DNA of 64,000 nt from an uncultured Methylococcaceae bacterium (GTDB taxonomy: Bacteria; Pseudomonadota; Gammaproteobacteria; Methylococcales; Methylomonadaceae). The DNA is taken from positions 8,387 to 72,386 of the forward strand of contig CAIQNQ010000103.1 in the NCBI GenBank assembly GCA_903873165.1. Reading direction: 5' to 3'. The notes under the pieces are model-generated. The model searched no databases, was not told the DNA's origin, and saw only the letters and a program-made list of their open reading frames with translations. The position numbers were made by a program, and so were the translations under genes. Positions 1 to 10,036 of this stretch are shown here, one piece after another (positions within the stretch are counted from its first letter, which is position 1; each line of letters opens with the position of its first letter).

Positions 1-1191
1 TAACAACTTACCTTGTGCTTCTAAAACCTCTAGGACTTTCGCATTCGCATTAAAAACATGCTGTCCGGCAAAAAGTTCGGTACTAGGTAAGAACACCCCA
101 TCAGCACCCACTGGATTTTCCACGGGTAAACCATATTTCTGACCGACTACATAATCTTCTTGACCATGACCTGGTGCAGTGTGAACAGCGCCCGTTCCCG
201 CATCCGTGGTGACATGATCACCTAAAATAATAGGTACTTGACGATCATAGAATGGATGTTGAACTAACAGGTGTTCCCAAGCAGAACCTTGGCAATAAGC
301 GACTACATGATAATTCTCGATACCATAGCGTAACATCGCATCTTTTAACAATGCCTCAGCAACAACTAATCTTTCTGTTTCAGTTTGAACTACCACATAC
401 TCTAAATCAGGATTTAAAGCGACGGCCTGATTAGCTGGCAACGTCCAAGGTGTAGTTGTCCAAATAACAACGGAAATCGGCCCATGACCTTCATGCTCTG
501 GCACATGATGACACGCACCTATAAATGCGGCTTCATCAACGACTTTAAAACGCACATCAATGGCGGGCGAATGTTTATCTTCATACTCAACCTCCGCTTC
601 CGCTAAAGCCGATCCACAATCCGTACACCAATGCACGGGTTTAGCACCCGCCGTAATATGACCTTTTTTAGCAATTTGTCCTAACGATCTAACGATATCC
701 GCTTCAAACCCATAGTCCATGGTTAAGTACGGATTCTGCCAATCACCCAAAATACCTAGGCGGATAAACGCTTCTTTTTGAATTTCTACTTGCTTAGCCG
801 CGTATTCACGACAGGCTTTACGAAATACGGCAGGAGTAACCTTAACACCCGCTTTACCGATTTTCTTTTCTACCATTAACTCAATCGGTAGACCATGACA
901 ATCCCAGCCAGGTACATAAGGCACATCAAAACCACTCAGGGTTTTGGACTTGATAATAAAATCTTTTAAAACCTTATTAACAGCATGACCAATATGAATT
1001 TCTCCGTTTGCATACGGAGGGCCATCATGTAATATAAACGGTGGACGCCCAGCAAACGTAGCTCTAATCTTTTGATATAAACCGGCTTCAGTCCATTTCT
1101 TTAAGCGCTCTGGTTCGCGTTGAGCCAAATTTCCTTTCATAGGAAACTCAGTGTTGGGTAAGTTGAGGGTCTTTTTATAATCTAGAGTCAT
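1..1191 (-). CDS. ileS: isoleucine--tRNA ligase, N-terminal part (continues beyond window start)
   Basis: Reverse translation from ATG at 1191 reads [33 protein letters not shown]...[28 protein letters not shown], which includes the class I HIGH signature. Its ATG overlaps the ribF stop as ATGA. The ribF-ileS order is canonical. Confidence 0.9.
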   Translation of the reverse strand, partial: MTLDYKKTLNLPNTEFPMKGNLAQREPERLKKWTEAGLYQKIRATFAGRPPFILHDGPPYANGEIHIGHAVNKVLKDFIIKSKTLSGFDVPYVPGWDCHGLPIELMVEKKIGKAGVKVTPAVFRKACREYAAKQVEIQKEAFIRLGILGDWQNPYLTMDYGFEADIVRSLGQIAKKGHITAGAKPVHWCTDCGSALAEAEVEYEDKHSPAIDVRFKVVDEAAFIGACHHVPEHEGHGPISVVIWTTTPWTLPANQAVALNPDLEYVVVQTETERLVVAEALLKDAMLRYGIENYHVVAYCQGSAWEHLLVQHPFYDRQVPIILGDHVTTDAGTGAVHTAPGHGQEDYVVGQKYGLPVENPVGADGVFLPSTELFAGQHVFNANAKVLEVLEAQGKLL

Positions 1192-2171
1192 AACCTTTTT
1201 ATCTCAGCAAAAATCTTTTTAGTCTCAGCCACATCTTTTAATATTTGGGCTTTTAGTTCTTCTATTGAATTGAATCGTAATTCATTTCTAATCTTTTTAT
1301 GAAAATGTACTTCTACATAATGCCCATAGATTTCCTTATCAAAATCGAATAGATACGTTTCTAAAATAACTTTAGATCCGCCATCTACCGTTGGACGCGT
1401 CCCTACATTAGCCACACCCTCAAACACGACCCCATCAATCCCTGACATGGTGACCGCAAACACCCCATTAATCGGCGTATTTTTTCTAAACATCTGTATA
1501 TTAGCGGTAGGAAAACCAATGGTTCGCCCACGCTTATCGCCATGCGCGACTCGTCCGCAAATAGAATAGTGGTGGCCTAGCAAAACTTCTGCTTGCGCTA
1601 AATCACCGGCATTTAAGGCGTCTCTAATCAAAGTACTGCTTACCCGCACACCGGCCAGTTGATAAGATCCCGTATCATCAACCGTAAAACCTTTCTGCAA
1701 GCCCTTTTCCTTAAGCATGGCAAAATTACCGCGTCGCGCTTTGCCAAACCGAAAATCATCACCCACCACTAAATGCTTAACATTGAGTTTATTAATTAAA
1801 ACACTATCAATAAACTCTTCCGCATCACAGTTTGCAAAGACACGATTAAAACCGACTATCAATAAGTTATCAACTGGTAATTTAGTAAACTGTATGACTT
1901 TCTCGCGCAAACACATCAACCGAGAGGGAGCATTATCGCCTAAAAAATATTCTAAAGGTTGCGGCTCAAAAGTCATGACCACCACGGGTAAACCTAAGGT
2001 TTTGCCACGCTCCGCCAGCTTTTTAATCACGGCTTGATGCCCCAGGTGTAAGCCATCAAAATTACCAATAGTCAAAACACAGCCATTACTAAATGACTCT
2101 AAATGAGATAAGCCTCTAATTAAATGCATTATTTTTTGATGTAGAAAAGACTTTTTTATTCTATCACGCAC
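1188..2171 (-). CDS. ribF: bifunctional riboflavin kinase / FMN adenylyltransferase
   Basis: 327-aa ORF with the [11 protein letters not shown] nucleotidyltransferase motif and a C-terminal riboflavin kinase region ([10 protein letters not shown]). Synteny with ileS and murJ supports the call. Confidence 0.92.
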   Translation of the reverse strand: MRDRIKKSFLHQKIMHLIRGLSHLESFSNGCVLTIGNFDGLHLGHQAVIKKLAERGKTLGLPVVVMTFEPQPLEYFLGDNAPSRLMCLREKVIQFTKLPVDNLLIVGFNRVFANCDAEEFIDSVLINKLNVKHLVVGDDFRFGKARRGNFAMLKEKGLQKGFTVDDTGSYQLAGVRVSSTLIRDALNAGDLAQAEVLLGHHYSICGRVAHGDKRGRTIGFPTANIQMFRKNTPINGVFAVTMSGIDGVVFEGVANVGTRPTVDGGSKVILETYLFDFDKEIYGHYVEVHFHKKIRNELRFNSIEELKAQILKDVAETKKIFAEIKRL

Positions 2172-2176
2172 CGCGT

Positions 2177-3718
2177 TTAAATGCGGTAGTCATCCGCTAA
2201 ATGTCGAAATCGCAAACCTGACACGATCAAAGTTCCACCATAAATTAGCATCCCCACTACAATCCATTTTACCAACTGCATAACCCGCTCACCTGCCCCC
2301 CAAGCTTGCCACCAATTAGCATCAACCCAGTAATACAAGGCCGCAAACATCAAGGTACTAGCCACTAGCACGCGAGCAAAAAACCAACCCCATCCCGGCA
2401 TCGGACGATAAATCTTTTCTTTATGTAATTTAAATAATAATAACAGCGCATTAACAATCGACCCCAATGACGTCGCTAAAGCCAGCCCTGCATGTGCTAA
2501 TGGAAAGACCAAAACCACATTTAATAACAAACTAACCCCCATAGACCACAGCCCATAGCGCACCGGAGTTTGCAAATCATGACGCGAGGTAAATCCTGAC
2601 ACTAACACCCTAATAGCAATATAACCTAACAAACCTGCGGCATAAGCTCTTAAACTCATTGCCGAATTATGCACGTCTTGCAGACTAAATTCTTTATACT
2701 GAAATAAGGTTGAAATCATTGGCTCTGCCAACACCACTAAACCAATCGTCGCTGGCATCCCAAACAAGAATACCAAACGCAAGCCCCAGTCCAACGTGTT
2801 TGCAAAAGCATCGGAGGTTTTTTCTGCAAAACTTTTCGCTAAACGCGGCAAGATGACCGTGCCCAAAGCCAAGCCCAACATTCCAACCGGAAACTCTACT
2901 AATCGATCCGAATAATATAACCAAGACACACTACCGACGGTTAAAAATGACGCGATTAGGGTATCTAACAACAAATTAATCTGCGTGACTGACACACTAA
3001 AAATAGCGGGCACCACTAAGCTCAACATTTTTTTGACTTCAGGGTCACGATAACCCCATTTAAATCGCGGTAACAAACCTAAACGTAACAAAGCGGGTAC
3101 TTGATAGAGTAACTGCACGACACCCGCCACAAAAACGCCCCATGCCAACGCGGTGACAGGTTGAGCCATTAAGGGCGCCCACCAGACCGCCGCCATAATC
3201 ATACAAATATTTAACAGCGCAGGTGTAAAAGCGGGTACTACAAATTGGCCAAAGGCGTTTAACAAACCACCAGAAAAAGCGACTAAACCAATAAATAACA
3301 GATACGGTAAGCAAATCTGCAACAAAGAAGAAGCTATCTCAAATTGCGGACCTTGCAAAGCAAAGCCAGGCGCGATTACAAATATAATGGCAGGGGTAAA
3401 CACCATGCCTAACAGGGTTAAAACCAATAAGCTTAAGGCTAAGGTACCGGCTGCTCTATCAATAAATAGCTGCATAGCCGCTTTGCCGCCCCGCGCTTTA
3501 TAATCCTCTATAATAGGCATAAAGGCATGTGCAAAAGCGCCTTCTGCAAATATGCGTCTAAAGAAGTTGGGGATTTTAAAGGCGACAAAGAACGCATCTG
3601 TCGCAATATCCACACCTAATAACCGTGCTATTAACATATCTCTAACAAAACCGAGTATGCGAGATATTAGGGTCAAAGCACTGACTATTACAGTAGATTT
3701 AAAAAGCTGTCGACTCAA
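2177..3718 (-). CDS. murJ: lipid II flippase MurJ (MviN family)
   Basis: 513-aa polytopic membrane ORF. The N-terminus SALTLISRILGFVRDMLIARLLG is typical of MurJ. It lies divergent from rpsT, as in many Proteobacteria. Confidence 0.9.
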   Translation of the reverse strand: MSRQLFKSTVIVSALTLISRILGFVRDMLIARLLGVDIATDAFFVAFKIPNFFRRIFAEGAFAHAFMPIIEDYKARGGKAAMQLFIDRAAGTLALSLLVLTLLGMVFTPAIIFVIAPGFALQGPQFEIASSLLQICLPYLLFIGLVAFSGGLLNAFGQFVVPAFTPALLNICMIMAAVWWAPLMAQPVTALAWGVFVAGVVQLLYQVPALLRLGLLPRFKWGYRDPEVKKMLSLVVPAIFSVSVTQINLLLDTLIASFLTVGSVSWLYYSDRLVEFPVGMLGLALGTVILPRLAKSFAEKTSDAFANTLDWGLRLVFLFGMPATIGLVVLAEPMISTLFQYKEFSLQDVHNSAMSLRAYAAGLLGYIAIRVLVSGFTSRHDLQTPVRYGLWSMGVSLLLNVVLVFPLAHAGLALATSLGSIVNALLLLFKLHKEKIYRPMPGWGWFFARVLVASTLMFAALYYWVDANWWQAWGAGERVMQLVKWIVVGMLIYGGTLIVSGLRFRHLADDYRI

Positions 3719-3813
3719 GAGAATTCCTTTTTCCGAAGGTTTATGTTGACAATAATAGCATTTAAAAAGATAATGCGGGGCTATTTACTAACATATCAAC
3801 ACATTGAGACCCT

Positions 3814-4077
3814 ATGGCTAATACAGCACAAGCTAAAAAACGCGCGAAACAAGCGGAAAAAAGCCGTATTCGCAACGCCGGACAACGTAGCAACCTACGT
3901 ACATTCGTAAAAAAAGTACTTGCCGCAGTTAATGCTGGCGATAAAGAAAAAGCCCAAGCCGCTTTTAAAGTTGTAGTACCTATCATTGACTCTGCAGTTA
4001 ACAAAGGTATCATCCATAAAAATAAAGCAGCACGTGGTAAAAGCAGACTGAATTCAAAAGTAAAAGCAATCGCTTAA
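3814..4077 (+). CDS. rpsT: 30S ribosomal protein S20
   Basis: 87-aa basic ORF beginning [21 protein letters not shown]..., which is typical of S20. Confidence 0.95.
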   Translation: MANTAQAKKRAKQAEKSRIRNAGQRSNLRTFVKKVLAAVNAGDKEKAQAAFKVVVPIIDSAVNKGIIHKNKAARGKSRLNSKVKAIA

Positions 4078-4100
4078 TCTGGATTGTTTTCGCTTTATAA

Positions 4101-4130
4101 AAAGCCGGAGCCTCAAACTCCGGCTTTTTA
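4101..4130. terminator. bidirectional intrinsic terminator between rpsT and the convergent ABC ATPase gene
   Basis: The stem is GCCGGAG / CTCCGGC with a 7-nt loop. It is flanked by an A-run upstream and a T-run downstream. Confidence 0.8.
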
Positions 4131-4138
4131 GTCTGTAT

Positions 4139-4888
4139 CTATAAGAGTTGTTTTATCGCAGGATAATCATTTAACAACTGCTGCCTAAAAGCCTCGATGG
4201 CTTGTTCATTATTCCGATCGTCCCTAGCTATAGGCACGGTAATTTCAGTTACAAAGCCCATCGGGGCGGCTGATAAAAACACCAAACGATCAGCCAGCGC
4301 AATCGCCTCGCGTAAATCATGCGTAACAAACAACACCGTATGAGGGCGCTCTTGCCACAACACCAATAACGATTCTCTTACTTGCCTAGCAGTCGGTGCA
4401 TCTAAAGACACAAACGGCTCATCCATCAACAACAAATCGGGATTAACCGCAAAAGCTCTAATTAACGCGACACGCCGACTCATGCCCAACGATAATCTTT
4501 CTGGATAGACATGCTGAAACTGAGTTAACTGCATCACCTTCAGCAAATAATCAATCAGCTCAGCATTTTGATCACGCTCCAATACCAACTCAACATTTTG
4601 TCGCACTGTCCGCCACGGTAATAAACGCGGATTCTGAAAGACATAGCCTATTTTAGGTTGCGTACCGGATGGCCCCACCACAATCTGACCATCAAAATCC
4701 TGATCCAGTCCGGCAATAATATTCAACAACGTTGTCTTACCACAACCCGATGGCCCTACCAAACACACAAATTCATTAGAGCGAATCGTTAACTTAAAAT
4801 CCGCAATCGCAATATGCTCAGACGCTTGACTGACCGCCGGAAAACTTTTTTTAGCGATATTGATATTAACCAAGCTCACCGCCGCCAC
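4139..4888 (-). CDS. ABC transporter ATP-binding protein (nitrate/sulfonate/taurine NitT/TauT-like)
   Basis: Walker A GPSGCGKTT, ABC signature LSLGMSRR and Walker B LLLMDEPF. The ORF overlaps the permease gene. Confidence 0.88.
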   Translation of the reverse strand: MAAVSLVNINIAKKSFPAVSQASEHIAIADFKLTIRSNEFVCLVGPSGCGKTTLLNIIAGLDQDFDGQIVVGPSGTQPKIGYVFQNPRLLPWRTVRQNVELVLERDQNAELIDYLLKVMQLTQFQHVYPERLSLGMSRRVALIRAFAVNPDLLLMDEPFVSLDAPTARQVRESLLVLWQERPHTVLFVTHDLREAIALADRLVFLSAAPMGFVTEITVPIARDDRNNEQAIEAFRQQLLNDYPAIKQLL

Positions 4889-5634
4889 CCCAAAGCACGT
4901 TGATCTAATGGCTTTAAAATCAATAACTCAATTAATTGAATCACGCCCACAAAGGCCAAGGTATAAGCCAAAATACTTGCTACATCAAACATCTGAAAAA
5001 ACAAATGTAGCTGATAACCCATGCCATTGCTTCGGCCTAACAGCTCTACCACCAAAATAATCTTCCAGATTAAAGCTAAACCCGTCCGCGTTGCGCCCAT
5101 GATAAAGGGGTGTAATTGGGGCAAGATAACCTCAAACAACACTTTACGTTTACTTAAGCGATAACTCTTCGCCATATCCATTAAATCTTGATCCAAAGCC
5201 CGCGTGCCTTCTCTTATCGTCACAATCACATTGGGCAATTTATTAACCACCACCGCTAATATAGCCGAAGACTCCACCAAACCAAACCAGACATAACATA
5301 AAATAATGGTCACTAAGGCGGGCACATTTAAGAAAACCACCAACCAATTATCAAAAAAAGCGTCTAGCTGTTTTTGCCGCCCCAACGCTATGCCTAAAGC
5401 ACACCCCAATAACATAGCAATCGAAAAACTCATCACCAACCTTAGCAACGTTACGCCCAAATGATAAGGCAACTGCCCTGTTAAACAAGCTTGCCAAAAA
5501 ACCTGAGCCACCAGTAAAGGCGTTGGCAAGGTGTGGCTATTTAAATACGCCGCCAAGCCTTGCCAAATCAGCAATAATGCCAGCAATGACAACAGTGATA
5601 AAAATTGTTTGGGAATCTTCAATCTAAAGTCCAA
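4876..5634 (-). CDS. ABC transporter permease (BPD-type inner membrane component)
   Basis: 252-aa multi-TM ORF that overlaps both the ATPase and the binding-protein genes. Confidence 0.8.
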   Translation of the reverse strand: MDFRLKIPKQFLSLLSLLALLLIWQGLAAYLNSHTLPTPLLVAQVFWQACLTGQLPYHLGVTLLRLVMSFSIAMLLGCALGIALGRQKQLDAFFDNWLVVFLNVPALVTIILCYVWFGLVESSAILAVVVNKLPNVIVTIREGTRALDQDLMDMAKSYRLSKRKVLFEVILPQLHPFIMGATRTGLALIWKIILVVELLGRSNGMGYQLHLFFQMFDVASILAYTLAFVGVIQLIELLILKPLDQRALGWRR

Positions 5635-6584
5635 AAGGTGCCTGAAGTCACATGCTCAGCAGTACCGGTTAATTGATTTTGACTAACACCTCGCAACAAC
5701 TGATAAATCGTCTCAGCCGCTTGCTGCTCGGCAGTACCCCATTGCTCAACACCGCCCTGACAATAGCGCTGACGTAATAACTCTAAGGTCTTTTCATCAC
5801 TGACATGGGTTAAAGGCACAACAGTTTGCCAAACACTGTCTTTAGTACATATCTGCTGCTTAGCTAAACGAGCGGCTTTTAAAAAATGCGTTAATGCTGG
5901 CTTGTGCGCCTCGGCCCAACTCTTCTTAAAAACATACCCTAAGCTAGGCACATTCGCTGTTACCCCTAAGCCTTTTAAAATCTCACTGCCATCTATAATT
6001 TGTCGATAACCTTGAGTTTCTAAACGGGCCGCAAAATGCCAATACGTTAGCAAGGCGTCTAAACGCTCCTGTTTAATTTGCTCATTTAATAAGGGTGGAG
6101 CCGCATAGGTTTTTTCAACGGCTTCCGCTAAATTCAACTGCTGTTTTTGCGCTAAGGCTTGCAGCAATAACCAGTTTTTATCTAACTCGCCCCCAGCAAT
6201 CCCTAAGCGCTTGCCTCTAAGATCAGCTAAACTATGAATCGAACTATTTTCGGGTACGACTAAAGCGCCCGATGTCGTTGAATAAGGATAAAACGTTAAA
6301 TCTCCACCGGTTGCTCTGATGCTGGACACCCAAATCCAATCAGAAACAATGATATCCACGCTCCCTGATTGCAAGGCAATTTTACCCGCCTCGGCATTAG
6401 CCAATGAAGTAACTTGCACCTCAAAATCTGCATTATTTAAAGCCGGATCCGTTTTTAAAACCAACAACTCCCATTCTAGGGTTCCAGTCGATTGCACACC
6501 AATGCGGATAGGCGTTTTTTCTGCCGCTTCAGAGAGCCCGCATACACCTAGCCACAGTATTAACAAAAAAATTTTAAATCTCAT
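5619..6584 (-). CDS. periplasmic ABC substrate-binding protein (NMT1/SsuA-like)
   Basis: 321-aa ORF with an N-terminal signal peptide (MRFKIFLLILWLGVCGLSEA). It is the first gene of a three-gene ABC operon. Confidence 0.7.
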   Translation of the reverse strand: MRFKIFLLILWLGVCGLSEAAEKTPIRIGVQSTGTLEWELLVLKTDPALNNADFEVQVTSLANAEAGKIALQSGSVDIIVSDWIWVSSIRATGGDLTFYPYSTTSGALVVPENSSIHSLADLRGKRLGIAGGELDKNWLLLQALAQKQQLNLAEAVEKTYAAPPLLNEQIKQERLDALLTYWHFAARLETQGYRQIIDGSEILKGLGVTANVPSLGYVFKKSWAEAHKPALTHFLKAARLAKQQICTKDSVWQTVVPLTHVSDEKTLELLRQRYCQGGVEQWGTAEQQAAETIYQLLRGVSQNQLTGTAEHVTSGTFWTLD

Positions 6585-6808
6585 CGCCCTATTTCCCTAA
6601 GAGGTTATAAAGCCACGTATTCTATCTGCACGAAGGCATTGATGCGAGTTTGATTAGTGATTTATGCGGTTTAGGCTGAATATGATGTATTTTTAGATTG
6701 ATAGTGAACAACTATAGCGTACGACAGTATAAAAATATAAAGCACTGAATCTTGGCAAGACATATTACCAAGATTCAACAGAAACACCATTGATTGTAGT
6801 ATAGATTT

Positions 6809-7318
6809 TTAGACTATATGAAGAAAAAGATTAACACCTTCAGGCTCTTTGCCAATGGTAATATTTGTAAATCCAGCGGATTTCGCCAAATATTTCAAAG
6901 TATTTGGGCTTCTATGATGCAAATGCCACTCAAAAACTTCCATATAAGATTTACTTGGATTCATCGTTGAAAAATTGCCTATTACTATCTCTCCACCGCC
7001 TTCAAGCATGGAGCCTAATTTTTTTAATAAATGAACGAATACTTTGTCGTCAAAATAATCAAAAAGCCCAGCAGACCAAATCAGATCATATTTTGTAGTG
7101 GACTGAAATCGCAGTGCATTTTTTACATGAAAAGTAATATTGGGAAGAAAGTTTTTACACAACTCTTGGGCATAATTTACCGCATTTTGATCTTGTTCAA
7201 TGCAATCAAAATGCAAAGATGCATCTGGATTTTTCTCGAAAAATTGCAGCATGTCCCGACCTGGCCCGCTTGCAAGATTTAAAACTCTTCTGGCGTCTTG
7301 ACATTTATCATTGACTAT
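6809..7318 (-). pseudogene. class I SAM-dependent methyltransferase, 5'-truncated
   Basis: The listed ORF starts at an ATG at 7252. The same frame stays open upstream to a stop at 7319-7321 and encodes VLNLASGPGRD, a motif I (SAM-binding glycine loop). There is no canonical start codon upstream of that motif, and the usual N-terminal region is missing. Confidence 0.55.
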
Positions 7319-7345
7319 TTACATGAAATATCATATAAATAGTCA

Positions 7346-7714
7346 ATGAATACATTGAGAAACAAGCCCGTTGTTTGGATAGGATCATCCCATGAGGACT
7401 GGAAGACTTTCCCAGAGGATGTACAGGATGTCATGGGATATGCACTTCATTTAGCGCAACAAGGCGAAAAAGCACCGAATACCAAGCCCCTAATAAGCTT
7501 TCAAGGAGCATCTGTGTTGGAAATCAGGGACAATTACCTAGGTGATACCTACAGAGCTATTTATACAGTAAAATTTCATCAGATTGTGTATGTCCTCCAT
7601 GCTTTCCAAAAGAAAAGCAAAAAAGGAATTGCGACCCCTAAAAATGAAATTGATCTAATCGAACAGCGTTTAAGAACAGCGAAAGAACACTATGACCAAC
7701 ATCACACACACTGA
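7346..7714 (+). CDS. type II toxin, RelE/ParE superfamily (HigB / Gp49-like)
   Basis: 122-aa ORF whose ...YRAIYTVKFHQIVYVLHAFQKKSKKGIATPKNEIDLIEQR pattern is typical of Gp49/HigB-like toxins. It overlaps the downstream HTH gene by 23 nt, with the toxin gene first. Confidence 0.75.
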   Translation: MNTLRNKPVVWIGSSHEDWKTFPEDVQDVMGYALHLAQQGEKAPNTKPLISFQGASVLEIRDNYLGDTYRAIYTVKFHQIVYVLHAFQKKSKKGIATPKNEIDLIEQRLRTAKEHYDQHHTH

Positions 7715-8030
7715 CGATGAATCTATTACATCGACCTCGCATCCTTTTGAAGGATTGCCAAACGGTGAAGAACGTTTTGCCAAAGTCCAAATTGCTCGCC
7801 AGATTAATCTACTGATTGAGGAACGTGGCTTGAAACAAAAAGAAGCTTCAGAATTACTTGGGATTACCCAACCTGATGTTTCCAACCTCGCTAACGGACG
7901 ACTTTCTGGTTTTACCTTCGATCGCCTTTACCGTTGCTTATTTGCTCTTGATACAGATGTTGAGATTATTCTCAAGAAACACGCTCCAAATGATGTGACC
8001 CCCGCTTGCGTACATGTATCCTATCTTTGA
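7692..8030 (+). CDS. XRE-family HTH antitoxin (HigA-like)
   Basis: The helix-turn-helix segment is LKQKEASELLGITQPDVSNLANGR. The gene is positioned directly after the toxin. Confidence 0.75.
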   Translation: MTNITHTDDESITSTSHPFEGLPNGEERFAKVQIARQINLLIEERGLKQKEASELLGITQPDVSNLANGRLSGFTFDRLYRCLFALDTDVEIILKKHAPNDVTPACVHVSYL

Positions 8031-8119
8031 TTTGTAGTTGATAGCCCAAATAGCCTTGCAGCGTGTGATATTTTAAACAGTGCGCTAGATCGCGTAGTTT
8101 TTGACGCGCTTTCTATCTA

Positions 8120-8524
8120 TTAACGATTGATTAATCGACCATTTAGTTCTTTATAAGCAGGAAATGCCGTATCAAAATAAGCAATCGGGCATCATATATA
8201 ACGGCAGTGGCAATAATCAGGCGATAATCAGGCGATCTTGTGGATCTTTATGATGTTCGGGCAGTGCGGAGCCAAACTTGCAATTCGAGGGGTGACGGGC
8301 AAAAAGCGAACACACTGTGAGGCTTCAACTTCTTCCAACCATTGATCAAAACGACAACCTAGATCAATTCGATCATGCCTTACCAACCAAGACATTTCAA
8401 AGCAAGAAATAGCTGAAACTGCAACATCATCAGCTTGTTCAATCAGCTCAATGATGGGCGCTGATAATTTACCGAGAATTTGATTTGTCCACCAGTGCCA
8501 GATGTGTGTATCGAGCACGATCAT
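8120..8524 (-). pseudogene. vapC: PIN-domain toxin VapC, disrupted by frameshifts
   Basis: The N-terminus MIVLDTHIWHWW... carries the PIN Asp, and the ATG overlaps the antitoxin stop as ATGA. The frame then loses the expected C-terminal motif, which reappears in another frame as LPEHHKDPQDRLII. An 11-bp tandem duplication follows, and PIN-like sequence continues (ATAVIYDA.., ..FDTAFPAYKEL) in shifted frames. Confidence 0.6.
8213..8234. repeat. perfect 11-bp tandem duplication (ATAATCAGGCG x2) inside the vapC remnant
   Basis: Read directly from the sequence at 8213-8223 and 8224-8234. Because 11 is not a multiple of 3, the duplication shifts the frame. Confidence 0.9.
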
Positions 8525-8760
8525 TCTGTCAGCCCCCAATCCTCGGCAGAAAGTGTGTTCATAACATCGCCCAACTCTTTAACACGCCCAGCAAATTGGG
8601 GTGGCGGCACCCGTTTTTTAACGGGCAGTATATTAGGGGAGACTTCATCAAGTGGTAATATAACAACTTCAACTCGTTGATGCTGTATAAACTTGGGTAT
8701 AGAAATAAATTCTGGGGCGTCTTCATATATTTGGCGGAATGCGCTCATAAGTCTCTCCAT
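8521..8760 (-). CDS. putative VapB-type antitoxin
   Basis: 79-aa ORF immediately upstream of the PIN gene and overlapping it. The call rests on position and size only. Confidence 0.5.
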   Translation of the reverse strand: MERLMSAFRQIYEDAPEFISIPKFIQHQRVEVVILPLDEVSPNILPVKKRVPPPQFAGRVKELGDVMNTLSAEDWGLTE

Positions 8761-8988
8761 TAATTGTATTTATTCTATGGTCCGCTATAAATAAAGTTTC
8801 TCTTAAATGATAACGGAATGATTTTGTCAATCAAGTTATCATGTTTATATTTGAATTGCTATGAAAGTATTACAATAACCTTGCATTCACATGTATGCTA
8901 TCTATAATTTTTGGACATAGTATTTAAGTTAAACTTTACCGCATCAATTCTTAACCCAATATAAAAGCTGTGTTGACGCTCACCCTTG

Positions 8989-9288
8989 ATGTCGTACAGG
9001 GAAATCGCTCCGACCATGGCCTCACGGGACATAAAAAATTTACTGACTGAGTATGCGCGTATTTATCCTGAACATCTTCCTTATGGTGTCAAGTCGGTGT
9101 TAACAGCAAAAGCAACAGACGATTTCTTTATGGCTACTGACGGAAAAGGTATTTTTAAGTTTGCTGAGGTTGAATATAAAGGCTTCAACTCTAGAATTGA
9201 TTTATTGCAAGGATTAGCAAATATAAAGAACGGTAAGCCATTAACTGAGGTAAGACGCAATAATAAAACTCCATTTATCTTGGAGTAA
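8989..9288 (+). CDS. hypothetical protein
   Basis: About 99-aa ORF starting at the ATG at 8989 or the TTG at 8986. I recognised no motifs. Confidence 0.4.
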   Translation: MSYREIAPTMASRDIKNLLTEYARIYPEHLPYGVKSVLTAKATDDFFMATDGKGIFKFAEVEYKGFNSRIDLLQGLANIKNGKPLTEVRRNNKTPFILE

Positions 9289-9307
9289 AACAGCTTTAGC
9301 TGTTTTT
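9287..9307 (+). terminator. weak terminator-like hairpin after the 8989-9288 ORF
   Basis: AAAACAGC / GCTGTTTT stem with a 4-nt loop that overlaps the stop codon. Confidence 0.35.
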
Positions 9308-9318
9308 ACAGGCAATAG

Positions 9319-9366
9319 CTGCAGGAACAGGGACTATACCTGCTGTTACAGTCCCTGTTCCTGCAG
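9319..9366. repeat. 17-bp perfect inverted repeat (CTGCAGGAACAGGGACT ... AGTCCCTGTTCCTGCAG) with a 14-nt loop
   Basis: Read directly from the sequence. It lies in the convergent intergenic region and has no clear T-tract. Confidence 0.8.
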
Positions 9367-9437
9367 GTTTAGTACTTGTGACTAAAGCGGATCGAAAATC
9401 AACTCTTTATGGCGATGAATTTGGTGGAAAAGCAGCA

Positions 9438-9962
9438 TTACTTTAAATTATTAACTGCATCAACAAGTTGCAGATTAAGATTCTGATCTTTAAGAACGCC
9501 TGATTCAACATCAAAATTGTCATAAAAACTGGGCACTGAGAGACTGGCTTTAACATGACCCGCAAAATAAGGGGCAGAGTTTACAGCGGTTGCCAATACG
9601 GTAGATGCACCTCTTGGGCCTGGGGAAGTTGACAATAAAACCAGCGACTTATCCTGAAAGACTTTTGGATTAATACGAGAACACCAATCAAATAAGTTTT
9701 TGTAAGCAGCCGTGTAAGAACCGTTGTGTTCAGCAAAAGAAATAATGATCCCATCACTCGCTGCTATTTTTGCTATAAACGCTTGCGCTAATGGGGGATG
9801 ACCAAGTTCTTGTTCTTTATCAACACTGTACAAAGGTAATTCATAATCGTTTAAATCTAAAATCTCTACCTCAGCACCCTCAAGTAAAGTTGAAGCATAA
9901 ACGACTAATTGTTTATTAATGGATGTTTTACTACTACTTGCTGCAAATGCTAATAATTTCAT
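9438..9962 (-). CDS. NAD(P)H-dependent FMN reductase family protein
   Basis: 174-aa ORF with a flavodoxin-like N-terminus (MKLLAFAASSSKTSINKQL), typical of this family. Confidence 0.75.
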   Translation of the reverse strand: MKLLAFAASSSKTSINKQLVVYASTLLEGAEVEILDLNDYELPLYSVDKEQELGHPPLAQAFIAKIAASDGIIISFAEHNGSYTAAYKNLFDWCSRINPKVFQDKSLVLLSTSPGPRGASTVLATAVNSAPYFAGHVKASLSVPSFYDNFDVESGVLKDQNLNLQLVDAVNNLK

Positions 9963-10036
9963 GTTTTCTCCTAAGATGGTTTAAGCACCTATTATAAAAT
10001 GATTTGGACGCACGCAGCCCAACTACCTTCAACTTA

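Noticed and set aside
1717-4013. Track ORFs antisense to or overlapping ribF, murJ and rpsT (1717-2037, 2694-2924, 3060-3314, 3552-3749, 3762-4013)
   Set aside because: They lie entirely within well-supported genes on the opposite strand or in another frame. They have low-complexity or odd composition and no motifs, so I treat them as shadow ORFs.
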